NCBI GenBank assembly: GCA_051117555.1
Contig: JBNPEG010000051.1
Coordinates: 12,339 to 76,338, forward strand
Direction: 5' to 3'
DNA from: Elainellaceae cyanobacterium
Lineage (GTDB): Bacteria > Cyanobacteriota > Cyanobacteriia > CAZCXK01
Length of the DNA stretch: 64,000 nucleotides
Below the pieces are notes generated by a model. It had not been told where the DNA came from and ran no database searches. It saw nothing but the letters and a program-made list of their open reading frames with translations. The number at the start of each line of letters is the position of its first letter. Position 1 is the stretch's first letter. Shown piece by piece: positions 53,838 through 63,249 of this stretch. A program made the position numbers and the translations under genes.

Positions 53838-54125
53838 ATGCTCGACCGTGAACAGGTACAAAAAGTTGCTCATCTAGCTCGTCTAGAATTAACTCCTGAA
53901 GAAGAAGCGCAATTTACGACTCAGTTGGGCAGTATCCTAGACTACTTTGAGCAACTTAATGCGCTCGATACCGATACCGTCGCGCCGACTGCTCGCGCGA
54001 TTGATGTGAGCAATGTGATGCGTACCGATCGGCTCGAGGTGCTGGCTGATCGAGACGAAATTTTAAATGGTGCACCTGATCGAGATGACGACTTTTTTAA
54101 GGTTCCGAAGATTATGAATGACTAG
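53838..54125 (+). CDS. gatC: Asp/Glu-tRNA amidotransferase subunit C
   Basis: VQKVAHLARLEL and FFKVPKI; start set at ATG 53838. Confidence 0.95.
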   Translation: MLDREQVQKVAHLARLELTPEEEAQFTTQLGSILDYFEQLNALDTDTVAPTARAIDVSNVMRTDRLEVLADRDEILNGAPDRDDDFFKVPKIMND

Positions 54126-54169
54126 CAAAGTTCTAGACTTTGCTGGGTGTCATATCGGGTGTTGTTCGT

Positions 54170-54370
54170 CTGCTTGACTAACGAAACTCTGGATGCTGGC
54201 GGCTAAAAAGCCGCGCCTACATGAGCAAGACCCTCCCGCGGGTGGAGTCGGCGCTAGCGGAGCCATGCCGAAGGCTACAGGCCGACTCTGTGCGTGTAGC
54301 AGCAGTTACTCTGCGAGAAGCCGCTATGCGTCTACAACTGCCGCTACAAAAAGTTTTGTCAGTCAACCAG
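54170..54370. mobile_element. About 200-bp MITE-like element with imperfect terminal inverted repeats and nested hairpins
   Basis: Left end ctgcttgactaacgaaactct, right end aaagttttgtcagtcaaccag; the right end recurs at 36542-36563. Confidence 0.6.
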
Positions 54371-54425
54371 GCTGTTCCGACGCGGGATTACCCATTGAGA
54401 CGCGGATGCTAATCATGAACGTCGA

Positions 54426-55205
54426 CTAAAATTCACGTCGAGAAAAAATTAGGATAGCGATCGCCAAAAGTAGCACCGTATAAACAATGCCGTAGACTGC
54501 ATTTCCGATCAAATCCAGGGATGGTGGAAACGCTTCGGTTCCGTAGACAGCTTGGTTCTTGTAGTCGAGACGAGACAAGTCAGGCAAAACGAGATAGAGG
54601 TTCTCAATGACGCGCTGAATACCTGGATTTTCAGATAGTTCGGCAAGCCTGACTAGATCTTGACTCAAGTGGCCGACGAGGTAAACAGCCAGCGTGAGCA
54701 GCGTTGCCAAAATTGAGCTAGTGAATACGCCAAACAGAATAGCAAATGCGGTAATTAAGGAAAGCTCGATGAGCAGATACAGCATTGAGAGCAGAATGCT
54801 GTCAACGGGGAATTCAATCTGCTGAACGCTGAGCGTCCCCATGTAGATTAGGGTCATGGCTGCGACCAAAGCGATGAGCACGGTTGATAAGCCGAGGTGC
54901 TTGCCGATGATGAATTCGGTTTTGCTAATCGGCTTTGCCACCAACACATAGACCGTACGTTTCTCTATTTCTTTATTGACTAGCCCCGTACCGATAAAAA
55001 CGGCAGCAATCAAGCCGGTGATGCCAATCGCTGCGATTCCGACATCTAAAATAATTTTGCTTTCGGCTGATGCAGCGACCTCAGGTAATAGGGCAGCGGC
55101 AGCAAACAAGACGAGTGCAAATATGCCAATCAGATAGAGAATGCGATCGCGGATTACTTCTCGAAAAACGTTTGTGGCGATGACAAAAACTTGGCCTAGA
55201 TTCAT
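54426..55205 (-). CDS. fraE: ABC-2-type permease, FraE-like
   Basis: IA.NVFRE.IRDR and EIEKRT.Y...AKP..R/K.EFI.GK motifs; third gene of a fraCDE arrangement. Confidence 0.8.
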   Translation of the reverse strand: MNLGQVFVIATNVFREVIRDRILYLIGIFALVLFAAAALLPEVAASAESKIILDVGIAAIGITGLIAAVFIGTGLVNKEIEKRTVYVLVAKPISKTEFIIGKHLGLSTVLIALVAAMTLIYMGTLSVQQIEFPVDSILLSMLYLLIELSLITAFAILFGVFTSSILATLLTLAVYLVGHLSQDLVRLAELSENPGIQRVIENLYLVLPDLSRLDYKNQAVYGTEAFPPSLDLIGNAVYGIVYTVLLLAIAILIFSRREF

Positions 55206-56266
55206 TCTTGATTACTCCCTGAATTCGAAATTAGTTTGGGTATGCCACATTGAATCGGGATCATATTAGCTCTCTGAGGTGGTGACAGTTGCTCTTGGGA
55301 CGTGATTTCAATTGTTGGATAGAGCTGACATTCCTTCTGAAGATAATAGGATGCCCCGTTGGCCTCCAATTCTTGCCAAAATGCTTGTAAGCGAAGCGGC
55401 ATGTCTAGATCTGTCGATATCGGTAGAGTAATTACCAGGTCTAATATGCGTTGTGAGTCAGGAAGCTGCTGCTCAACCTGGCGTTTGACATCGTTAATAA
55501 ATTCTTGAATAAACTGTGGATCTGCGAAGCGCAATCGCGCTTCAGGGGGAGGTAATTCTGCCAGCCTTCCCCTCAAAACGGCTTCTGCAATATCTAGCAT
55601 TTCGGGTTGAGGATCTAATTCAACCATAAACATGCTTTCTTGAAGCCCACTCGCACTAGACCGTAAGGGAGGATATTCATCAATCCAATTCTGAACCAGA
55701 AAATAAAAGCCTAGCCAGCAACTGACGATGATGTGCAGCAACGCCGATATGATCAGGTCTTGTCTAACTTGGGGTTCGGGCCATTTTTTGCCAATAATCG
55801 AGGAGATGATTTTGGGAATAGCAGCATAGAGTGCCGTCACGAGGGGCAAGCTAATCAAGGCGATCGCTCGCCATTCTGGATCCCATACGCGGAATAGAAA
55901 AAAACAGGTAATGCCTGCTGTCACCAAAGCACCCGGATAAAACTCCCAATTTAATAGAGGAATCTTGATATTGGACTTCTTTTTCTCCTTAGCATCTTTT
56001 GCAAACCCCCAACCAATCCCCAGATTGAGAAATATCCATCCCAAGATAAAAAATGCATGCTGCAACGGCGAAAGTTGCACGTCTTCGTTGGATGGGTCGA
56101 GTGCGGCGATAGGAGATTCTCCGACAATAAGCATCACACCCCAAGAAAATAGACTCAAAGAAATTAATGTTTTCCAGCAAAATGCCTGACGTGGATCGAG
56201 AAAATTCCCAATAGATTTCCCGACATCTTTGAGTGATTTTAGAAATTTATCCAATAAGTCTTTCAC
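55202..56266 (-). CDS. fraD: Septal junction protein FraD (DUF5357)
   Basis: Five N-terminal TMs, CWLGFYFLVQ.W...YP and a C-terminal Cys pair; lies between fraC and the permease. Confidence 0.78.
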   Translation of the reverse strand: MKDLLDKFLKSLKDVGKSIGNFLDPRQAFCWKTLISLSLFSWGVMLIVGESPIAALDPSNEDVQLSPLQHAFFILGWIFLNLGIGWGFAKDAKEKKKSNIKIPLLNWEFYPGALVTAGITCFFLFRVWDPEWRAIALISLPLVTALYAAIPKIISSIIGKKWPEPQVRQDLIISALLHIIVSCWLGFYFLVQNWIDEYPPLRSSASGLQESMFMVELDPQPEMLDIAEAVLRGRLAELPPPEARLRFADPQFIQEFINDVKRQVEQQLPDSQRILDLVITLPISTDLDMPLRLQAFWQELEANGASYYLQKECQLYPTIEITSQEQLSPPQRANMIPIQCGIPKLISNSGSNQE

Positions 56267-56288
56267 CGCATCAGAAGGCGCAAATTGC

Positions 56289-56846
56289 TTAGAGAGTAGG
56301 AATCAGTTGAGCTTCTGAGAAGAGACGAAACACAAACAGCAAAATGATGATAGCGGTATAGCTCGCCGCATTTGCGACTAATATGACATAAACTGCGTCA
56401 GTCTGTTCTGGAGCTTTGCCCGCTGACGAGATTCGCTTAGATCGATAGTTTGAATATTTAGAATAGCGCTCCTTCGATTCAACAACTTTGCGATCGCTCA
56501 ATAAAAGCTGGAGTTGTTCGAGTCCTAGAAGCTCAATGGCAAAACTGATAAAAAATGTTAGAAACCCTGCCGCAATCAACCATGTTGCCGTCGTGGTTGT
56601 CCACTGGTCAAAAAAGATGAGATTAATCAGCTGAATTTCTACAGCAGTAGGCAATGCAGGAACGATTGACAGAAAGGCTAGCCATCCTAGCATCGTGGAG
56701 AAGAGATTAATCGATGCTGAATACTCGATACTTTTTTTTCGAGAAATATTTAATTGCTGATAGAGGACAAACGCTTCAATTGCGATTGTCACTAATAGAA
56801 GTAAGCCTTGGGAGATGATCGCCCGTAAGGGCAGATATAAAGTCAT
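56289..56846 (-). CDS. fraC: Filament integrity protein FraC
   Basis: LPLRAI..Q.L.LLV.IAIEA, S.K.SIEY..SINLFST..GW and IL.ANA.S motifs. Confidence 0.85.
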   Translation of the reverse strand: MTLYLPLRAIISQGLLLLVTIAIEAFVLYQQLNISRKKSIEYSASINLFSTMLGWLAFLSIVPALPTAVEIQLINLIFFDQWTTTTATWLIAAGFLTFFISFAIELLGLEQLQLLLSDRKVVESKERYSKYSNYRSKRISSAGKAPEQTDAVYVILVANAASYTAIIILLFVFRLFSEAQLIPTL

Positions 56847-56903
56847 GAATCGATTTTCTACCCAAGCACTATCTTACTGATAGATGACGACTCGCAGCAG
56901 ACA

Positions 56904-57017
56904 TATATTAATCCCAAATCAATTGTGGGAAAACCCAAAGGAGTTTGGGGAACTTCGTCCTCAAGAAGGGGGCGTTGGCCCCTCCACTCCTCTTACGAAT
57001 CATTTAGGACTGCTATA
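56904..57017 (+). repeat. Degenerate family A-related TATAG element
   Basis: tatattaatcccaaatcaattgtg...atttaggactgctata. Confidence 0.65.
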
Positions 57018-57171
57018 TATGAGTTCTCAATCAATTCTTGATCCATCCTCTCTTTATCCATCCTTAACCCGTAGTGCCTCGCTCCTATTGATTAAGACTC
57101 AGGTGGCGTCCATAATGGACAACGCGCTATATATAGGATATAAATCTCCAATATCTGATAAATTGGCGCTA

Positions 57172-57264
57172 TATAGCAATTTGCGATGGCCTCCAACCCA
57201 GAAATAGTGGCATGGGATGCGGCCTGCTCTACCCCACTGTACTTAACTCAGGCGCACACCACTA
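57172..57264 (+). repeat. TATAG-bounded hairpin element, family B
   Basis: tatagcaatt...gtacttaactcaggcgcacaccacta. Confidence 0.7.
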
Positions 57265-57307
57265 GTCTGCAACTGCCCAAATTGAGCGAATCATTTCTAA
57301 GAAAGTC

Positions 57308-58459
57308 ATGAATCAATTAAACTCTCCATCTAGAACAGGCATTGGAATTCGGACTGCCCAAATCCGGTCGGGTCGCTTAATCGGGCAAATTCATGTCTAT
57401 GATGGAGCCGGAAAAGGCAAGTCGCAGGCGGCGCTTGGGGTTGTCTTGCGGTCAATTGGATTAGGAATTCATACGTTTTGGCAAACGCGAGTGCTGCTAC
57501 TCCGATTTCTGAAAGGGCCAGGGCGAGCCTATGCCGAAGACGCAGCGATTGAAGCGCTCCAGCGAGGATTTCCTCATCTTATTGATCAGGTGCGTACGGG
57601 ACGATCTGAATTTTTTGGTGCAGAGGACGTAACGCGGTTTGATCGAGCCGAAGCGCAACGAGGGTGGGATGTGGCAAAGGGGGCGATCGCCAGTGGACTC
57701 TATTCTGTCGTTGTTTTGGATGAGCTAAACCCAGTCCTCGATTTAGGATTATTGCCCGTTGATGATGTGGTTAAAACGCTGAGGAAGAAGCCGGAACATC
57801 TGGAAATTATTGCAACAGGGCGAGGAGCGCCCCAAATGCTGCTAGAGATTGCAGACTTACACTCTGAAATGAAGCCCCAGCCCCATCCCAATGCGACAGC
57901 GCACGGAATTGAAGGCATTGAAATCTACACCGGATCTGGAAAAGGGAAATCAACCAGCGCATTGGGTAAAGCGTTGCAGGCAATTGGCAAGGGCATCAGC
58001 CAAGACAAGTCTCATCGCGTGTTGGTGATGCAGTGGCTGAAGGGTGGAGCTGGCTATACCGAAGATGCAGCGATCGCTGCGTTGCGTCAGAGCTATCCAA
58101 GTTTGGTCGATCATCAGCGCTGTGGACGAGATGCCATCGTCTGGCGAGGTCAGCAGCAAGAACTTGATTATGTCGAAGCAGAGCGGGGGTGGGAGATTGC
58201 TCGGGCGGCGATCGCCTCAGGTCTTTATAAAACCATTATTCTAGATGAACTCAATCCTACGGTTGACCTGGAGCTACTCCCCCAAGAGCCCATCGTTCAA
58301 GCTCTGTTGCGCAAACCCCGCGATACGGAGGTGATTATCACTGGGAGATGTAAATATACGCCCGCTTACTTTGATCTGGCATCGACCCATTCTGAAGTGT
58401 TTTGCCATAAGCACTATGCAGAAAAGGGGGTGGATTTAAAGCGAGGGGTTGACTTTTAA
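57308..58459 (+). CDS. cobO: Cob(I)yrinic acid a,c-diamide adenosyltransferase, tandem-domain form
   Basis: Two Y.G.GKGKS..ALG motifs and two LDELNP...L...ITGR motifs. Confidence 0.92.
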   Translation: MNQLNSPSRTGIGIRTAQIRSGRLIGQIHVYDGAGKGKSQAALGVVLRSIGLGIHTFWQTRVLLLRFLKGPGRAYAEDAAIEALQRGFPHLIDQVRTGRSEFFGAEDVTRFDRAEAQRGWDVAKGAIASGLYSVVVLDELNPVLDLGLLPVDDVVKTLRKKPEHLEIIATGRGAPQMLLEIADLHSEMKPQPHPNATAHGIEGIEIYTGSGKGKSTSALGKALQAIGKGISQDKSHRVLVMQWLKGGAGYTEDAAIAALRQSYPSLVDHQRCGRDAIVWRGQQQELDYVEAERGWEIARAAIASGLYKTIILDELNPTVDLELLPQEPIVQALLRKPRDTEVIITGRCKYTPAYFDLASTHSEVFCHKHYAEKGVDLKRGVDF

Positions 58460-58484
58460 AGTAAACACAATTTGGAAACCCCAA

Positions 58485-58581
58485 GCGTATGCGATTGAGT
58501 TAAGTACGGTAGTGTGGTGAGCCCCCGCGCCGCGGGGTTCACCACACGGTCAACGTCCTAACGCGAGAGCGTACGGCTATA
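58485..58581 (+). repeat. Hybrid TATAG element (family B arm plus family C arm)
   Basis: Left tgcgattgagttaagtacggtagtg matches 11016-11041; right caacgtcctaacgcgagagcgtacggctata is identical to 33021-33051. Confidence 0.8.
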
Positions 58582-58680
58582 TATGTCAGACGGCAAAAGG
58601 CAGCCGCTCAACGCCTGCTAATGGGTTGTTTCAGCCATCTGGGGTGCCCTCATGCATCCGTCACATGCTGGATAAGGCCA

Positions 58681-61638
58681 TCATCTCAATAGAGGAAGGC
58701 TAACGGTGAATGTGGTTTGGCCGTCACCGCTTGTAACCTGGATGCACCCGCCTAAGCGTTGGGTTAGCCGATGAACGAGCGCTAACCCTAATCCAGTGCC
58801 GCTATGTTTCCAAGGGTCTTGATTAGGAATGCGATAAAATTTCTCGAAAATGCGATCGCGCTCTTGCTCCAGAATTTCAACGCCTGTGTTACTGACGATG
58901 AGTTCGATGATACGTCGGTTTTGGCGGACAGATACTCGAATATATTCTCCTGCCGGAGTATATTTACAAGCGTTGGTGAGCAGCTCATTCAAAATTCTTT
59001 CTAGGCACGTCAAATCGGCTCTAAATCGAAGCTGAATATCGGGAAGGTCGAGTATTAGCGACTGCTGGAGCTGGCGCGTTCGCTCAATGAATGGCTCGAC
59101 TAACTGGGGAAGCCATGTTGAGGGGTCGATTTCTGTCGGATTAAGAAGCTCTCTGCCTCGGTCAACCCGAGAAAGATCGAGTAAGTCGTCAATTAGATTA
59201 ATTTCGCGCGCTCCCTCGTCTTTCAAAATTTGAATATATCGAAGCAATCGATTCGGCGGGTCTGCCGACTCATCTAAGATGCCAAGTTGCTGGAGCATGA
59301 TTTCAAGCATTTGAATAGCAACTCGTATGTTTGCCATCGGTGTCCTGAGTTCATGAGAGACGGTACTCAAAAAGTCATCCTTGAGGGTATTAAGACGTTC
59401 AAGCTCTTTAACTTGCGTCTGAGCGGCTCGATACAGTCGGGCTTGGCGGAGGGCGATCGCACACTGATTAGCAACGAGCAGCACAAGGCGAATTTCCTGG
59501 TCACTAAAACAGTAGTCGGCGTGGTTGACGAGCCACAGATCGCCTAATACGCCCTGATCATCGACAATTGGGCACGCCAATTTAGCTACCCATTCAGACT
59601 GCGAACCGGACAAATGCCCACAAAACTGAAAATACTGACTTTGTAAGAGCTGATGATATCCCTCTGAAAATTTTGCCATTTGGACAGGGTAGCCCTGGAA
59701 CTCTGATCCGGCAGTGTTATCAGCAGTGCTGTATTCATAGCAGACAATAGCGACTTGGTCGGGCAGGGTATAGATTGCGACATTACAAATCTTGACTCCA
59801 ATGGCGATCGCCAATTCTCGCACCACCGTTTGTAAGATCTGATCTTCGTCGAGGCTGTCTCGAAGGCGGTCAGTAACGCGTTTGAGGGTGGCTTCAAAAT
59901 TTGAGGCTTGCTGAAGCTGAGCAGTGCGATCGGTAACTTGAGTTTCTAAATTGGCGTTCAACTGTTGGACTTGCTGATAAAGCTCTGATTGCTGAATGGC
60001 GATCGCCAGCTGATCGGCCAGTGTTTGAATGAGAACAATCTCCCAATCGTGCCAATGACGAGTCGTGGCGCACTGTTGCGCTGCAATCAGCCCCCAGAGT
60101 TGGTCACCTTGAAGAATCGGAATGACTAGATTCGCTTTTATCTGAAACTGGGAGAGAAGCTCAACGTAACAGTCTGCAAACCCTGCCTGGTGAATATCTG
60201 CGGTATTGCCTACGTAGCCTTGAGTATAAGGGATGATACATTCGTCAACGATCAAGCATGGGTCAAAAATGTTGCGTCCGAGCATGGGAATCCATTGAGA
60301 CCCCACTGATTCAACGATCACAAAGCCGCTCCAGTCTGGTTCAAAGCGGTAGATGATGACTCGATCCGTTTGCAAATGCTGACGCACTTCATGAACCGTT
60401 GTATTAAGAATGTCATTAAGATTCAATGATTGGCGAATCCGATGCGTGATTCCACGCATGAGGGTTTCAAATTCGGCTTGTTGACGCAGAGAATCCTGGA
60501 TACGCTTGTTGGTTGTAATATCGCGCGCGACACTCAGTACCGACTCGACGGTTTGATCGGGGGCTAATTCAGGAACCAATCGCGCCTGAAAGGATCGAAC
60601 GCCGTCAACCGTTAATAGGTCAAATTCAATAATCTGCTCTTGATTTTGATTCAACACGGTTTGAAGCGCCGTTTCCCACGTGATGAATAGAGACTGCGGC
60701 ATCCCCAATTCTCGATTCGTTTTTCCATGAAAGGCATGAGCTGGAATGCCAGTCATCTGCTCCATTGCTGGATTGATATAGACATAGCGGAGAGCAGAAT
60801 CAAAGCGAGCAATGATGTCGGGTGAATGTTCGACGAGGGCTCTAAACTCTTGCTCTCGGCGGTGTAATAGAGTTTCTGTCTCCCGGCGATCGGTGACATC
60901 CTGAAAGACGAGAATGCTCCCCATAATGTCACCGTTGGCGGTTTGGATTGGTGCGGCTGAATCTCCTATCCATCGTTCAGTACCATCGTTCGATCGCAAA
61001 ATACACGGGGCAGTTCGAGTTGCTTTGATGCCCGTTTGAATGGCTTGAAGACAGGGATTTTCGACCTGTTTGCGAGTATCCGGATCGATTAAATCCAAAA
61101 TGCGGTGAATAGACTGCCCGATTGCCTCAGACTGTCGCCAGCCTGTCAATTCCTCAGCAGTCGGGTTCATAAACGTAATATTTCCGTAGAGATCAGTGGC
61201 GATCGCCCCGTCCCCAATGCTGGTGAGCGTTGCTGACAACCACTGTTGAGTGATAGCGAGTTCTTTCTCAAGGCGATGGCGATGAAGGGCAGTTTCTATG
61301 GTGGTGTAAAGTTCAAACTGATTAAATGGTTTGATGAGATATCCAAAGGGTTCTGTTTTGATGGCTCGCTGGAGCGTTTGATGATCGGCATCTGCGGTCA
61401 AGAAGATGACCGGGATGTCAGAGTCAAGACGAATGTGCTGTGCAGCGGTAATGCCATCCATCTCTCCTCTTAGATAGATATCCATCAGCACCAAATCTGG
61501 CTGGGTAGTCTTTGCGACTTGAATGGCATCCTTGCCCGAAAAAACACTGGCAATGATTTCATAGTTGAAGTGTTCCAGGGAATTGCGAATACTCCAGGCA
61601 GCAACACATTCATCTTCTACAATCAAGATTCTTGCCAT
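58681..61638 (-). CDS. Sensor histidine kinase: REC-PAS-PAS-GAF(cyanobacteriochrome)-GAF-HisKA-HATPase
   Basis: ILIVEDE/DLVLMDI/YLIKPF receiver, two PAS domains, GAF with DPCL and CY, SHELRTP, ELLTNACKY and GTGLGL; start set at MARILIV 61638. Confidence 0.92.
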   Translation of the reverse strand: MARILIVEDECVAAWSIRNSLEHFNYEIIASVFSGKDAIQVAKTTQPDLVLMDIYLRGEMDGITAAQHIRLDSDIPVIFLTADADHQTLQRAIKTEPFGYLIKPFNQFELYTTIETALHRHRLEKELAITQQWLSATLTSIGDGAIATDLYGNITFMNPTAEELTGWRQSEAIGQSIHRILDLIDPDTRKQVENPCLQAIQTGIKATRTAPCILRSNDGTERWIGDSAAPIQTANGDIMGSILVFQDVTDRRETETLLHRREQEFRALVEHSPDIIARFDSALRYVYINPAMEQMTGIPAHAFHGKTNRELGMPQSLFITWETALQTVLNQNQEQIIEFDLLTVDGVRSFQARLVPELAPDQTVESVLSVARDITTNKRIQDSLRQQAEFETLMRGITHRIRQSLNLNDILNTTVHEVRQHLQTDRVIIYRFEPDWSGFVIVESVGSQWIPMLGRNIFDPCLIVDECIIPYTQGYVGNTADIHQAGFADCYVELLSQFQIKANLVIPILQGDQLWGLIAAQQCATTRHWHDWEIVLIQTLADQLAIAIQQSELYQQVQQLNANLETQVTDRTAQLQQASNFEATLKRVTDRLRDSLDEDQILQTVVRELAIAIGVKICNVAIYTLPDQVAIVCYEYSTADNTAGSEFQGYPVQMAKFSEGYHQLLQSQYFQFCGHLSGSQSEWVAKLACPIVDDQGVLGDLWLVNHADYCFSDQEIRLVLLVANQCAIALRQARLYRAAQTQVKELERLNTLKDDFLSTVSHELRTPMANIRVAIQMLEIMLQQLGILDESADPPNRLLRYIQILKDEGAREINLIDDLLDLSRVDRGRELLNPTEIDPSTWLPQLVEPFIERTRQLQQSLILDLPDIQLRFRADLTCLERILNELLTNACKYTPAGEYIRVSVRQNRRIIELIVSNTGVEILEQERDRIFEKFYRIPNQDPWKHSGTGLGLALVHRLTQRLGGCIQVTSGDGQTTFTVSLPLLR

Positions 61639-61766
61639 TCGTTTAGCAACGTTGTTGAAACCTCGAAAATACATCAAGGGTTCTGAAGGATACTCAACTT
61701 TATAGCTCTTTCATAGAAACAACGAGATCTGTTGAAATACGGAAGTCTAGGCTGCGATCGCTGGCG

Positions 61767-61794
61767 TATGGTCTTACGCTCCCGCGTTAGGACG
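61767..61794 (-). repeat. Solo family C right arm
   Basis: Reverse complement reads cgtcctaacgcgggagcgtaagaccata. Confidence 0.65.
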
Positions 61795-61935
61795 CCAGTA
61801 CTTTTACGGACTCATTATCTAAAATTTGGGTAAGTCGGTATCGAGCTAACCATAAAATTTATGCCCTCTTTACAGCCCGATGTCAGGATCAGTAGAGTTT
61901 AAACTCAGGTTGGTTCTTCAGAACAGGGGCGATCG

Positions 61936-63159
61936 CTATAGAAGAACCAAATCAGGGACCTGAAATAACGACTGATACACTAACACTGCGCCACCGATGG
62001 CAGGCGCATCTTCTCGAAATTCCGAGGCATCAAAGTAGGTATCGGGTTCGCTAAAAAAGCCAAACGTGCCGCTAGCTGGAAGACAGTCGCGCAGCATGCC
62101 CTCCAATTGGTTTCTGACATACGGCACAAGCACAGCAAGTTGCCCACCCAAGACAATGCGCTCCGGATCAAATACCTTCACCAAGCTAATCAGACCGCGC
62201 CCTAACGACTCGGCCCAATCTTGAAGCACCATCCGAGCATCATCATCATTCTGAGACAGGCGATTCAGAAATATTTCAAAGTCAATCTGTTGACCGCTGT
62301 GAAATGCATAGCGGTTGAGTAAAGCCTCCCGGCTGACCAACCCGCCTAAGCTACCCGGAGTCTCTCCATCAGCATATGACGTGCCGTGCTCATCAATCAG
62401 TAGTTCGCAGATTTCGCCCGCTGTGCCGTGAGCGCCTCGGAAAATGCGATTATTAATCACAATGCCGCCCCCAACTCCTGCATCGAGTAGAAGATAAATT
62501 AGGCTATGGGTGGGTATCGCTTTGCCTAAATAGACTTCTACTAAGGCTGCTGCATTGGCATCGTTTTCAACATAAATCGGCAAATCCGTTTGAGACTCTA
62601 AGTAACTCCGCAAGTCAACATGCTGCCAACCTAGCTTAGGAGCCCGAATGATCACGCCTTCGCGGTTAAGAGTTCCAGGAACGGTGATGCCAATGCCTCG
62701 CAGCCGCTCATTCCTGAATGGATTAGCACAACGGAGTTGATCAATACTGCTTACCAGTTGATGGATGATAGCCTCAGGTGTCATAGATCCTGAGGCCGAC
62801 ACCTGGATGCGTTTAATCACCTGAGCTGCCAAGTTCATCTCAACGACCGTAAGCCTGTCTGCGTCAATGGCAGCACCAATAAAAAACGCTCCATCTGGAT
62901 TTAGTTCTAGCCCAATTCCCGGACGCCCCCCGCTACCTGGCTGCTCAACGTGCTTATGCCCCTCTCGCAGCAGTCCGTTTTCGATCAAATCGCCCGTAAT
63001 CACAGTTACGGTTGATCGGTTTAGCCCAGTGCGTCGCGCAATCTCAGCCCTTGAAATACCAGAGTGACAGCGCACAATCCCCAAAATGCGAACGTGATTA
63101 ATCTGCTTGAGGAGGCTAGCATCAGTCATCAACGATTGCTGAGACGACTTTGTTTGCAT
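61936..63159 (-). CDS. ROK family (XylR/NagC-like) transcriptional repressor
   Basis: HTH ISRAEIA..TGL.RSTV, SGGRP, ENDANAAAL.E and G.G.G.VIN..IFRG..G.AGEI motifs. Confidence 0.93.
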   Translation of the reverse strand: MQTKSSQQSLMTDASLLKQINHVRILGIVRCHSGISRAEIARRTGLNRSTVTVITGDLIENGLLREGHKHVEQPGSGGRPGIGLELNPDGAFFIGAAIDADRLTVVEMNLAAQVIKRIQVSASGSMTPEAIIHQLVSSIDQLRCANPFRNERLRGIGITVPGTLNREGVIIRAPKLGWQHVDLRSYLESQTDLPIYVENDANAAALVEVYLGKAIPTHSLIYLLLDAGVGGGIVINNRIFRGAHGTAGEICELLIDEHGTSYADGETPGSLGGLVSREALLNRYAFHSGQQIDFEIFLNRLSQNDDDARMVLQDWAESLGRGLISLVKVFDPERIVLGGQLAVLVPYVRNQLEGMLRDCLPASGTFGFFSEPDTYFDASEFREDAPAIGGAVLVYQSLFQVPDLVLL

Positions 63160-63232
63160 AAGAAACTATCCAGCAGTTTGTTTGTTCGGATTATAAATTA
63201 ACTCACATTAGTTTGTTTCCACAACAAACAAA
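63146..63232. promoter_or_regulatory. XylR-type operator palindromes (one strong, two weaker)
   Basis: ttagtttgtttccacaacaaacaaa at 63208-63232; gactttgtttgcataagaaacta at 63146-63168 over the ROK start; gtttgttcggattataaatta at 63180-63200. Confidence 0.7.
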
Positions 63233-63249
63233 TTAGGGTAGAAAGTGAA

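Noticed and set aside
54193..54429. Short ORFs between gatC and fraE
   Set aside because: They lie almost entirely within the nested repeat element
56884..57207. 107-aa ORF between fraC and cobO
   Set aside because: It spans two TATAG repeats and probable divergent promoter DNA; no motifs
57308..58459. Internal duplication of CobO as a novelty
   Set aside because: The tandem-domain form is common in cyanobacteria
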